DNA from: an uncultured Bdellovibrionales bacterium
GTDB taxonomy: Bacteria; Myxococcota; XYA12-FULL-58-9; JASMKV01
Length of the DNA: 61,618 bases
Assembly: GCA_964013445.1 (NCBI GenBank)
Contig: CAXGWX010000002.1
Span: 1-61,618 of the forward strand
Direction: 5' to 3'
The position numbers and the translations under genes are program-made. The notes beneath the pieces were generated by a model, which saw nothing but the letters and a program-made list of their open reading frames with translations, was not told the origin of the DNA and did not search any database. How positions within the stretch are numbered: the stretch's first letter is position 1; each line of letters begins with the position of its first letter. Positions 17,156 through 25,344 of this stretch are shown here, in pieces.

Positions 17156-17863
17156 CTAAGGGGATTGAGGATCGCTGTGTGCCAGGGCCAGGGCAAAGAC
17201 CGGAAGCTTGGACTTTGCGGCCAGAGCTTTGGCCGCATGCCTTAAGGTGGCGCCGGTGCTGATGACATCGTCAACCAGAAGAATGGGCCCGGTTTCGGGA
17301 ATTTTCACTGCCGTGAAAGCGTTTTGCATATTTTCTTCGCGTTTTTGGGCACTTAAGCTGCTTTGGGGAAGGGTTTCCCGCTGCCTTTTAAGGGCATGAA
17401 CCAAGGGCAAGCGCCAATGGCGAGAAAGGGCTCTTGCCAACACCGCGCTTTGGTTAAAGCCCCGTTCACGAAGCCTTTTTGCCCCCAGAGGAACGGGAAC
17501 GACAGAGCCGAATTCTGCTTTGCCGGCCCCGATTTCGACATGGCTGAGGATGAGTTCGCTCAGGGGCCTTAGCCAATGTTCTTCTTTGGCAAATTTCACC
17601 CGATGGATGGCATGTTGGAGGGGGCCGCCGAAGAGGTAGGGGGCCCAAATCCGTTGCAGGGGACTTTGATTGGTTTTGCAGTGGTGGCAACGTTCCGCCA
17701 GGCCGGGACGATCGCAGTGGGCGCAACGTGGTCCGTTATTTTCCTTGAGCATGGTGCAGCAGGAGTGGCAAAACCCAAAGCTGCCGGCGTTTGCGACCGG
17801 CGCTTCGCAACCAGCGCAATGCTGTGGAAAAAGGGCTTGGCCTATGTGTTCATGCAGGGACAA
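17156..17863 (-). CDS. comF: ComF-family phosphoribosyltransferase-like protein
   Basis: N-terminal paired Cys clusters (CAGC...CHSCC; CAHC...CHHC) and the C-terminal PRTase motif LLVDDVISTGATL. The ORF begins at TTG, one codon after the upstream stop. Confidence 0.8.
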   Translation of the reverse strand: MSLHEHIGQALFPQHCAGCEAPVANAGSFGFCHSCCTMLKENNGPRCAHCDRPGLAERCHHCKTNQSPLQRIWAPYLFGGPLQHAIHRVKFAKEEHWLRPLSELILSHVEIGAGKAEFGSVVPVPLGAKRLRERGFNQSAVLARALSRHWRLPLVHALKRQRETLPQSSLSAQKREENMQNAFTAVKIPETGPILLVDDVISTGATLRHAAKALAAKSKLPVFALALAHSDPQSP

Positions 17864-17866
17864 GAA

Positions 17867-19387
17867 TCAAGCAGCGTTTTCAAGTTGCGCAATCAGACGC
17901 TTGAGCGCATGGTTTGCCCGGTTGAATTCAATTTTTGATTTGGAAGCCTTGTAGATCTCTTTGAGTTTTTTGACGTCACCCTGCTTTAAGCGATGCAGAC
18001 TTTGAATGGCTGCGATGCGTACCGCAGCTTGCTCATCGCCTACGCTTTTGACCAGGTCTGCAAGAGCGTTATTGGCTTTCAGCCAGCCGAGCTCAAGCGC
18101 CGCCTTTTCCCGTACTCGATAGTTGGCGTCGCCCAGCTTGGTTTGCCAACATTCTGCCTTGGCACCGCATTCCTGGGCCGCAACAAGCCGGACTTTTTCT
18201 TTGCCAATCGCCGCTTCAAGAGTTTTATTCTTGGCGGCCAGTGCTTCAAGAGCGCTAAGGTTCTGAGCTTCTCCCAGCTGAGTTGCGCCAACCATGGCAA
18301 CCTTTTGTGCATTGCCCTCGCCGGATTTAGCATAGTCGAGAAGTTTGGTGGCTGAGCCTTTTGCACCTGCTTCAACCAAGGCTTCAACTGCGGCTTGGCG
18401 AATATTAAAATCTGTGTCCGCGGCGAGTTTTTCCAAAGTTTTGACCGCGTTGCCTGTGCCCATATTACCTAAAGCAAAGCAGAGCTCGATGATGGCACCG
18501 GGGATGCTGGCGAAAATGGGTTCGCGGGTACGATTTTGAAATTTCTTGTAGAGGCCGTTGAGTACCCCAAGAATAGCACTTTCCGCTTCAGTAACGCGCA
18601 AAAGCCCGAGCACAACTCCAGCTTTGGCTTCAATGGCCCCTTCCGCGATGGTGCCACCGCTGGGTAAGCGAATTTTTTCAACCTTAGCATTTTCGCGCTT
18701 TAAAGTAGTCAGGAGTTTTGGCGCGATCGAGGGTCCGAGTTGTACAAGAGAAAACCGAGCTTCGTTGTAGAATGAAATTCCAGGCACTTCGACATAGAGC
18801 ATTTCGATAAGTGCATCCGCCGCCTTTGGATCTCCTAAGTCACCGAGGGCTTGAATAGCGGTCTTGCGCAGAAATGGTTCCGCATCGTAGAGAGCGGTTT
18901 GTACCAGAGAATCCGTAGCGGCGGGATCCTGAATCTTACCTAAGGCACGAATGATCTGTTCTTTGGCTGCGGGCGCCGCGGTGGCCAACAAATTCATTAA
19001 GGGTTGTGTTCCCTCTTTGGCTTTGAGCATGCCTAAGGCTCGGGCAATATTCATATTGGTTCTGTTTTTGATCTGGCTTTTTCGATCACGGCCGGAGCCA
19101 ACCGCATAATCGATTTGGGCAATGAGTTCATTCACTGAGCTTTTGGCGCCAAGCTGGCCTAAGGTGTAGGCTGCGGTGGGCTGCCATGGACCTTCCTTTT
19201 TCAGCCATACCAAAACTGCTTCGGCGCTGCTGGGATCACCCATTTTGCCAAGCTCTTTAAGGGCTTGCTCACGGGTTGGTTTTTCTTCGAGTTGGTCGAT
19301 CCAGTAGGCTGGGGTGTTCGGATCCGCCGGCTCAGAACAGCCGACAAAGCATAATAAGATAAGACTTAGGGTAACTTTTAAACGCAT
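17867..19387 (-). CDS. HEAT-repeat lipoprotein
   Basis: Lipobox LLCFVGC. It has many ~30-aa units of the type A-x2-AL-G-x-[LIM]-x-D-P-x-A (HEAT/PBS-lyase type). SD GAGGAGG lies upstream. Confidence 0.75.
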   Translation of the reverse strand: MRLKVTLSLILLCFVGCSEPADPNTPAYWIDQLEEKPTREQALKELGKMGDPSSAEAVLVWLKKEGPWQPTAAYTLGQLGAKSSVNELIAQIDYAVGSGRDRKSQIKNRTNMNIARALGMLKAKEGTQPLMNLLATAAPAAKEQIIRALGKIQDPAATDSLVQTALYDAEPFLRKTAIQALGDLGDPKAADALIEMLYVEVPGISFYNEARFSLVQLGPSIAPKLLTTLKRENAKVEKIRLPSGGTIAEGAIEAKAGVVLGLLRVTEAESAILGVLNGLYKKFQNRTREPIFASIPGAIIELCFALGNMGTGNAVKTLEKLAADTDFNIRQAAVEALVEAGAKGSATKLLDYAKSGEGNAQKVAMVGATQLGEAQNLSALEALAAKNKTLEAAIGKEKVRLVAAQECGAKAECWQTKLGDANYRVREKAALELGWLKANNALADLVKSVGDEQAAVRIAAIQSLHRLKQGDVKKLKEIYKASKSKIEFNRANHALKRLIAQLENAA

Positions 19388-19543
19388 GGGACAATCCTCC
19401 TCAATTCCGATCGCGACATAACGTCAAGGGGGCCTATTGGTCAATGCTTCCTTTTGAGGATTGAGCTTCAATTGCCCATGTGCTAGTTGCCAAGGGGCTG
19501 GATCACCAAGGCTTTGTGTGATGTGGCACATAGGATTTGCAGG

Positions 19544-20626
19544 ATGAAAATACTCGGAAAGATAGGGCTGTCTCCAACTTTGGCGCTTTCGCTCCTTTTT
19601 ATTGGAACGGCTTCGGTGGCTTTTGCGGAAATGACCGCAAATAAGCAGGATGCCTATGTGCAGCGCTTGGTTGATGCTTTGGCCGACGATGAATCTTATA
19701 AAGTTCGTTTGCAAGCAGCCGTCTTGATTGGTGGGCAGGATAAGGAAAATCTTTCGGAACCCACATTTAAGTTGGCGGTTCAGGGGCTCATCGGGGCTTC
19801 AAAGGCCGATCCTCACTATACGGTGCGGGCTGCTTCGCTTCTGGCTATTGCCAATACCCAAGCGGAGTGGGGGATAGCACATATTCTCAAGCAATATGCG
19901 GCGGATCCGGATGATTATGTGCGCCAGCAAGCTCTGCGTGCTTTGAGTAAGTACGAGCGTGCCGCCGCCATACCCTATGTGGTTGCTCTATACGGCGAAC
20001 CGGACGTACGTATTCGCCGTGAGGTTGTCCGCTATCTGGCTGCGGGCTTGGAGTTTGGGGTGGAGAATGTGCTGATGCGGGCTTTGGGGGATGTGGCTCA
20101 GGTTGCGGATGTGGCCCAAGATGCTATTCGCTCGATGCCAGCGGACAAAACCACAGCTTTTCTCAAGAATGCACTTGAACACAAAGAACCAAGTGTGCGC
20201 CGTAATGCGGTCGACTTGCTGGGGTTTATGGATAATGAAGAGGCGGCAAAATTGGTTCTCGCGGTTTATGAGCGGGATATTGAAGCGGATGAAGTACGAC
20301 AGGCCACCCGTTATGCACTGCGGAATTTGAAGGCTTTCCTGCCTATTGCTGAAATTATTGAGAATGTGGCCAGTGAAGACAAACACACCCGTGCCAAGTC
20401 TTTACGTTTGCTCGGCGTTATCGGTGAGATTCAGGCTCTTGAGCATTTACGCGAGGCCCTTAGTGACAGCGATGTTTATATTCGTGGTACCGCTGTAATG
20501 GCTCTTGGGGAGCTGGGCGAACCATCGGTGATCAAGGAACTCAAGACTCTTGAAGAAGATCCGGCAAATCAGCGCATTTTACATTTGATTCGACATACGC
20601 TTAAAAAACTCGATGCGGAAAGTTAA
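19544..20626 (+). CDS. Exported HEAT-repeat protein
   Basis: Signal peptide MKILGKIGLSPTLALSLLFIGTASVAFA from ATG 19544; the ORF-track start is 19487. It has at least 8 units with D-x3-VR-x2-A-x2-AL. Confidence 0.7.
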   Translation: MKILGKIGLSPTLALSLLFIGTASVAFAEMTANKQDAYVQRLVDALADDESYKVRLQAAVLIGGQDKENLSEPTFKLAVQGLIGASKADPHYTVRAASLLAIANTQAEWGIAHILKQYAADPDDYVRQQALRALSKYERAAAIPYVVALYGEPDVRIRREVVRYLAAGLEFGVENVLMRALGDVAQVADVAQDAIRSMPADKTTAFLKNALEHKEPSVRRNAVDLLGFMDNEEAAKLVLAVYERDIEADEVRQATRYALRNLKAFLPIAEIIENVASEDKHTRAKSLRLLGVIGEIQALEHLREALSDSDVYIRGTAVMALGELGEPSVIKELKTLEEDPANQRILHLIRHTLKKLDAES

Positions 20627-20644
20627 TCCAAAGGAAAATACAGT

Positions 20645-21478
20645 ATGGCTCTAGAAGGAAAGCTCGCCCTCATTGGTGCGGGAAATATGGGAGAAGCGCT
20701 TTTGCGTGGTCTTTTGCACGCCAAGGAAATGCAGCCTCAACAAATTGTTGCGACTGGTCCCAGAGAGGAACGTTTGGCCGAGCTCTCTGAGCGCTATGGT
20801 ATCCAAACGACAGCTCATAATCTTGAGGCAGTCAAGGACGCAGACATTGTTCTTTTGGCGGTGAAGCCGCAGATCATGCAAGACGTTTTGCTTGGTATGA
20901 GTTCAGAAATTAAAAGCGACGCATTGATTTTGTCTGTGGCTGCAGGGGTAACTATTGGTACCATTGAAGCGAGTTTGGGCGTGGACTCACACATTTGTCG
21001 CGCCATGCCGAATACACCTGCTATCGTTGGTGCGGCGGCCACCGCTTTGGCCGTGGGCTCGAATGTATCAAGTGATGAGTTGGAAGTGGTGAAGCGAATC
21101 TTTACGGCAATTGGCTCCGTATCGGTGGTTTCAGAGAGTCTCTTAGATGCGGTAACTGGCTTGTCCGGCAGCGGTCCGGCCTATGTTTTTATGATCATCG
21201 AAGCTCTGGCGGATGCCGGGGTTAAGGTTGGTTTGCCTCGTTATGAAGCGCAGAAATTAGCAGCTCAGACCGTATTGGGTAGCGCCCAACTCTTGATCGA
21301 AACTGGCGAACATCCGGGAGTACTCAAAGATCGGGTAACCAGTCCGGGGGGAACAGCGATTGCTGGATTACATACTTTGGAAGAGGGTGGTTTGCGCACG
21401 ACACTGATTAATGCGGTGGTGGCGGCTACGGAACGATCGCACGATCTGGGTAAACGCCTCGCCCATAGTGATGAATAA
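20645..21478 (+). CDS. proC: Pyrroline-5-carboxylate reductase
   Basis: Rossmann motif LIGAGNMGEAL and the C-terminal signature VTSPGGTAIAGL. 277 aa. Confidence 0.9.
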   Translation: MALEGKLALIGAGNMGEALLRGLLHAKEMQPQQIVATGPREERLAELSERYGIQTTAHNLEAVKDADIVLLAVKPQIMQDVLLGMSSEIKSDALILSVAAGVTIGTIEASLGVDSHICRAMPNTPAIVGAAATALAVGSNVSSDELEVVKRIFTAIGSVSVVSESLLDAVTGLSGSGPAYVFMIIEALADAGVKVGLPRYEAQKLAAQTVLGSAQLLIETGEHPGVLKDRVTSPGGTAIAGLHTLEEGGLRTTLINAVVAATERSHDLGKRLAHSDE

Positions 21479-21549
21479 TCTCAAATGTTGAACTTATAAG
21501 AGAATATTTCTCAGTGCCATTTCGTCATTATCCCTAAGGGATAAATACC

Positions 21550-22224
21550 ATGACCGAGTTGGCAGTAAAATTTGGGTTTTTTGGGAGCAAGACAAGGTCT
21601 AAGACTCAACCTACTGTAATGACTGAAGAAACATCAGATATGAGCTTGGTCGAGGAAGCTTTGTCCGGTTCCGAGCTGGCCTTTAACACTCTGATTGGCC
21701 GCTACCACGAACGTCTTTTGCGGGTGGCCTATGGATTTCTAAAGGATCGTGGCGAGGCGGAAGATGCGGTTCAGGAAGCATTTACGCGGGTTTATCTGAA
21801 ACTTGGGAATTTTGAAGGAAAATCAAAGTTTTACACTTGGTTGTACCGGATACAGGTGAATCTGTGTCTGGATGCTTTGCGGCGGCGTAAGCGCGATCGC
21901 AAGGTGTTGAGTGAAGAGTCGGTTTTGGAGCATGTCGGGGAAAATATTGGTGAGTTGTGGCCAACCTATGATCGGGGGGCGCCTTTGGATGAGCTGGAAC
22001 GTAAGGAGCTTCAAGGCTGGTTGCGTAAGGCCATGCAGGACTTGCCAGAAATTCATCAGGCGGTGCTTATTTTGCGTGAAGTTGAAGGACTGAGCTATGA
22101 TGAAATAGCGACCATTCTGGAGCTGAAAAGAGGAACGGTGATGAGTCGTCTGTTTCATGCTCGTAAAAAAATGCAGGAGCAACTTGTTGCTCAGCAGAAC
22201 AAGGCAGCGCGTAAGGCGGGGTAA
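21550..22224 (+). CDS. ECF-type RNA polymerase sigma-70 family factor
   Basis: Region 2 (YHERLLRVAYGFLKDRGEAEDAVQEAF) and the region 4 HTH (LSYDEIATILELKRGTVMSRLFHARKKM). There is a ~40-aa N-terminal extension. SD AAGGGA lies before ATG 21550. Confidence 0.85.
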   Translation: MTELAVKFGFFGSKTRSKTQPTVMTEETSDMSLVEEALSGSELAFNTLIGRYHERLLRVAYGFLKDRGEAEDAVQEAFTRVYLKLGNFEGKSKFYTWLYRIQVNLCLDALRRRKRDRKVLSEESVLEHVGENIGELWPTYDRGAPLDELERKELQGWLRKAMQDLPEIHQAVLILREVEGLSYDEIATILELKRGTVMSRLFHARKKMQEQLVAQQNKAARKAG

Positions 22225-22236
22225 GGGATTTTTTGG

Positions 22237-22710
22237 ATGACAAAGCCATCAAAAATTGACGAACTTGCACTTTCAGCCTGGCTTGATGGCGAATGGGATG
22301 GCGATGAGGCAGAAATGCATGCCTATTTACGTGACAACCCAGAAGCCCAAAACCTACTTGATGGTTGGCGCGATCAAGGGAGTGCGCTCAAGTGTATGGT
22401 GTCTGATTTAGCTGATCCGGCAGAAACGTCCGACATGGTCATTGCGGTACGACAACGTATTGAGGAGCGCCAAAGTGAACCACTAACAAAACTGTCTCAG
22501 CTTTTTGGCGTACAGCCAAAATTGCTTTGGGGCTTAGCTTTTGTTTTGCTCCTGGGGATCCTATCCGCACCTTTCTTCGTTTATCTTTGGGGAAATTTTA
22601 TTGAAGGTTCGATGGTGCGGGAAGGAACGACCACGGTTAAAGGCGAGCAAGTGATTGAGCCGGAACAAAAGCCAGTGCGTTTCGAAGAAGGTTCGAGTGA
22701 GAACCCTTAA
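22237..22710 (+). CDS. Putative membrane-anchored anti-sigma factor
   Basis: Lies 12 nt downstream of the ECF sigma gene. It has an N-terminal LSAWLDGE anti-sigma-type helix, one TM (LLWGLAFVLLLGILSAPFFVYLW), and a short exported tail. Confidence 0.55.
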   Translation: MTKPSKIDELALSAWLDGEWDGDEAEMHAYLRDNPEAQNLLDGWRDQGSALKCMVSDLADPAETSDMVIAVRQRIEERQSEPLTKLSQLFGVQPKLLWGLAFVLLLGILSAPFFVYLWGNFIEGSMVREGTTTVKGEQVIEPEQKPVRFEEGSSENP

Positions 22711-22721
22711 CTAAGAATTTT

Positions 22722-23321
22722 CTATATTTTCAGATTGTTTTTCTTTGCCCAGTAAGAACCGTAAAACATTTCCGGAGTTGCCTGGTATTCTACCCGATTC
22801 TTATAGCGCTCATCTGCCAAGTGGATGCCACTTATGCGTGATTGCTCAGCCCCGATACGGGCGAACATTCGCGGAAAGCCGCGCCCGGCTGTGGAGATGA
22901 TTCGAGTTTTAACTTGGGCAGGTTTCTCTTTCTGAAATACTGCGTGTGCGGTCCAAGCCATGGCCTCAAATGGAAGTCTGCTGGATTGGTGCTTAAGGTT
23001 AGGGAGGGCATAGTCGATTTCTCTAATATCGTGGTTATGAACACCAGCAGGATAGTCGATGGCAAAGCCGAGCATAGGGCAGTCTTTGCTTCGTCTTAAG
23101 TCCTCACCATTGGCTTCTTTGATGGACCAAAAATTGACCGAAACAAGTTCCTGCCCATTTGGATTGTTGATGAGCAGAAAGCCGGCTTTAACCCAGGCCG
23201 GGTCCGGCCTAACCGGTAGCACAAAGGCCGTATCATAATAGTCCCTATCCTGTAGCCATTCGGCAATATGTTCTCGTTCTTTTAGATTGGCGTAGGAGAC
23301 GATCAGCGATGCTTTGGGCAT
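22722..23321 (-). CDS. Hypothetical protein (199 aa)
   Basis: ORF with an SD (GGGGA) 8 nt upstream, 17 nt downstream of the sulfatase-family gene on the same strand. I recognise no motif with confidence. Confidence 0.5.
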   Translation of the reverse strand: MPKASLIVSYANLKEREHIAEWLQDRDYYDTAFVLPVRPDPAWVKAGFLLINNPNGQELVSVNFWSIKEANGEDLRRSKDCPMLGFAIDYPAGVHNHDIREIDYALPNLKHQSSRLPFEAMAWTAHAVFQKEKPAQVKTRIISTAGRGFPRMFARIGAEQSRISGIHLADERYKNRVEYQATPEMFYGSYWAKKNNLKI

Positions 23322-23338
23322 TTCACTATCCCCATACT

Positions 23339-24772
23339 CTATTGAATATAGCCAAGCGCTTGCAGTACATCGAGCATTTCCGGAGTGATTTTGGCTTCGC
23401 CGGTTTTGTATTCAAGTTTTTTGGCGGTGCGGCGTTTGAGCTCATCGCGGAATTCTTTGATAATTTCAGGCTGCTCTTGAGCAATATTTTTTAGCTCCGT
23501 TGGATCCTTTTGTAGGTCGTAGAGTTCTTCACGGCCTTTGACGAAGGGATAAGCCGGTAGCAGATGTCTCGTTCTCTTGTGTTGAATATATTTGTATTGG
23601 TCTGTGCGCAGGGCAACCAGGTTGCGCCCAGCGTGTTCAATGAACGCGGTTCTGGGAGGTTGCTCTTCGCCTGCGATAAGAGGCCATAGGGAGCGACCAC
23701 GTATGGTTTCAGGGATTGGCAGATCCAGATATTCCAGGAGGGTAGGCAGTATGTCGACGGTTTCAACGACGTCGTGGACGACGACTCCATTATGTTTGGA
23801 ATTTGGAAAATACATGATCAAAGGAATTCTTACGGTGCATTCGTAAAGGCCTGCATGGACAAAGTATAGATCATGCTCGCCTAAGGATTCCCCATGATCG
23901 GAGGTGACTATTATTGCCGTCTTGTTAAGCAGCTCCCGCTCCTCCAAGGCATCCATGAGTCGACCGATTTCGTCGTCAACATAGGTCACCGCACCATGGT
24001 ACTGGCCAATGACCCAATCCAGATCCCGAATGCCTCGCAGCCATGAAAGGAAGAAGGGGTGATCGGACATATGAGATGGGAGAAAATTCCAAATATCTTC
24101 GAGAGAAGTGAGTTCCGGATTTTTTTCATCCCCATGGTAGTAAAAACGGTCGTAAGGTGGTGGCGGTTGATAGGGTGTATGGACATCAGCCAAATGCACC
24201 CAGCTAAAGAAGCGTTGGTCGCCAATATGATCTAACCAGCGGACCAGTTGATCTAAACTGGGTCCGGCCTTACGCATAAAGCCACTGCGAACGATGTGCT
24301 GAAATCCCTGGCCGAGGTTGGAAATTTCCGGGTTGAGGTGCTTCATATTGACAATGGCGCTGGTGGCAAAGCCACGGCCAAAGAGCATTTCCGCCATGGT
24401 TTCTGGCTCATTACCAAGAGCTTCAAAGTTTGAATAAACATTGTGGTCTTGCAGGTAGAGCCCGGTAAAAAGGGATGCGTGGGAAGGTGTGGTGGTGGTC
24501 GATGGAGCAATGGCTTGTTGAAAAAGTACGCCATGCTCAGCCAACTCGATAAGGTTCGGTGTTTGAATGCGGGGGTGTCCATAGGCGCCGAGAACATCAG
24601 CACGCAGGGTGTCTACTGTAATTACAATGACTCCGGCCAGGTTATTATGCTCGCCGGGCAGGGAAACGGAATCCGTATTGCTATAAAGTCGTGACCTTTG
24701 GGTTTCTTCAGCTTCGGAACAAGCAAAGAGTAATCCAAAGAGGCTTAGAAATAGACCAATGTGCCAGCGCAT
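23339..24772 (-). CDS. Sulfatase/alkaline-phosphatase-superfamily lipoprotein with a Thr-type nucleophile motif
   Basis: Metal-site motif VITVDTLRAD, nucleophile region PSTTTTPSHASLFTGLYLQDHNV, and later TSDHGE. A lipoprotein signal MRWHIGLFLSLFGLLFAC starts at ATG 24772; the ORF track extends to 24844. Confidence 0.8.
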   Translation of the reverse strand: MRWHIGLFLSLFGLLFACSEAEETQRSRLYSNTDSVSLPGEHNNLAGVIVITVDTLRADVLGAYGHPRIQTPNLIELAEHGVLFQQAIAPSTTTTPSHASLFTGLYLQDHNVYSNFEALGNEPETMAEMLFGRGFATSAIVNMKHLNPEISNLGQGFQHIVRSGFMRKAGPSLDQLVRWLDHIGDQRFFSWVHLADVHTPYQPPPPYDRFYYHGDEKNPELTSLEDIWNFLPSHMSDHPFFLSWLRGIRDLDWVIGQYHGAVTYVDDEIGRLMDALEERELLNKTAIIVTSDHGESLGEHDLYFVHAGLYECTVRIPLIMYFPNSKHNGVVVHDVVETVDILPTLLEYLDLPIPETIRGRSLWPLIAGEEQPPRTAFIEHAGRNLVALRTDQYKYIQHKRTRHLLPAYPFVKGREELYDLQKDPTELKNIAQEQPEIIKEFRDELKRRTAKKLEYKTGEAKITPEMLDVLQALGYIQ

Positions 24773-24912
24773 GCGGGGCACCATAAGCTTTGGAGATCGT
24801 TGAAGCAATAACGATTCGGGCATATTTTGGTGCGTGACGTACATCTCTTTTATTCGTATCGGAATATGAAACGGAACATTGACAGGGGAGGCGATGCTTT
24901 ATAGCAGGTGAT

Positions 24913-25287
24913 ATGGCAGAAGCGTTGTCAGTGTTTGATTATTTCGAGGTGGTTTTACCAAGCATATTGCGTTGGAAGGGACCGGCCGCATCTGCGTTGG
25001 GAATTAATGTCCTCTTTATCGTTAATGGCAAAGGTGGTGGGACTTGGACAATTCGTTTACGGCCTCCGACCGCCGGCGTGGTTTCCGGCAGCGAATGGAA
25101 AGCAGATTTACAAATTAAGATCACCGCTGATGAGATGGCCAATATTCTTGTAGGTAAATTCGATGCGAATAAAGCAATTGCGGAAGGTAATGTGGAACTG
25201 AGCGGGGACTTGCGATGTCTTCGCCGTATTGCTTTTCTCTTTCAAATGGGCGGCCACGAAGCTGAAATCCGCGCGGGAAGGGTTTAG
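24913..25287 (+). CDS. SCP2 (sterol-carrier-protein-2-like) lipid-binding domain protein
   Basis: 124 aa. The pattern GGTWTIRL...ADLQIKITADEMANILVGKFDANKAIAEGNVELSGDL matches the SCP2 C-terminal consensus (G-K-l-x-p-x2-A-x3-G-x-l-x-l-x-G-D). Confidence 0.65.
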   Translation: MAEALSVFDYFEVVLPSILRWKGPAASALGINVLFIVNGKGGGTWTIRLRPPTAGVVSGSEWKADLQIKITADEMANILVGKFDANKAIAEGNVELSGDLRCLRRIAFLFQMGGHEAEIRAGRV

Positions 25288-25344
25288 TGCCTGGAAAGTC
25301 AGCACTTATTGGCTGATAAAGCTTGGGAGCTAAAGGATTAAGAG

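Noticed and set aside
21490-21515. SigmaE-like GAACTT-N15-TCAGT upstream of the ECF sigma gene, as possible autoregulation
   Set aside because: These are short degenerate motifs with slightly short spacing. Without the group-specific ECF promoter model I cannot distinguish this from chance.
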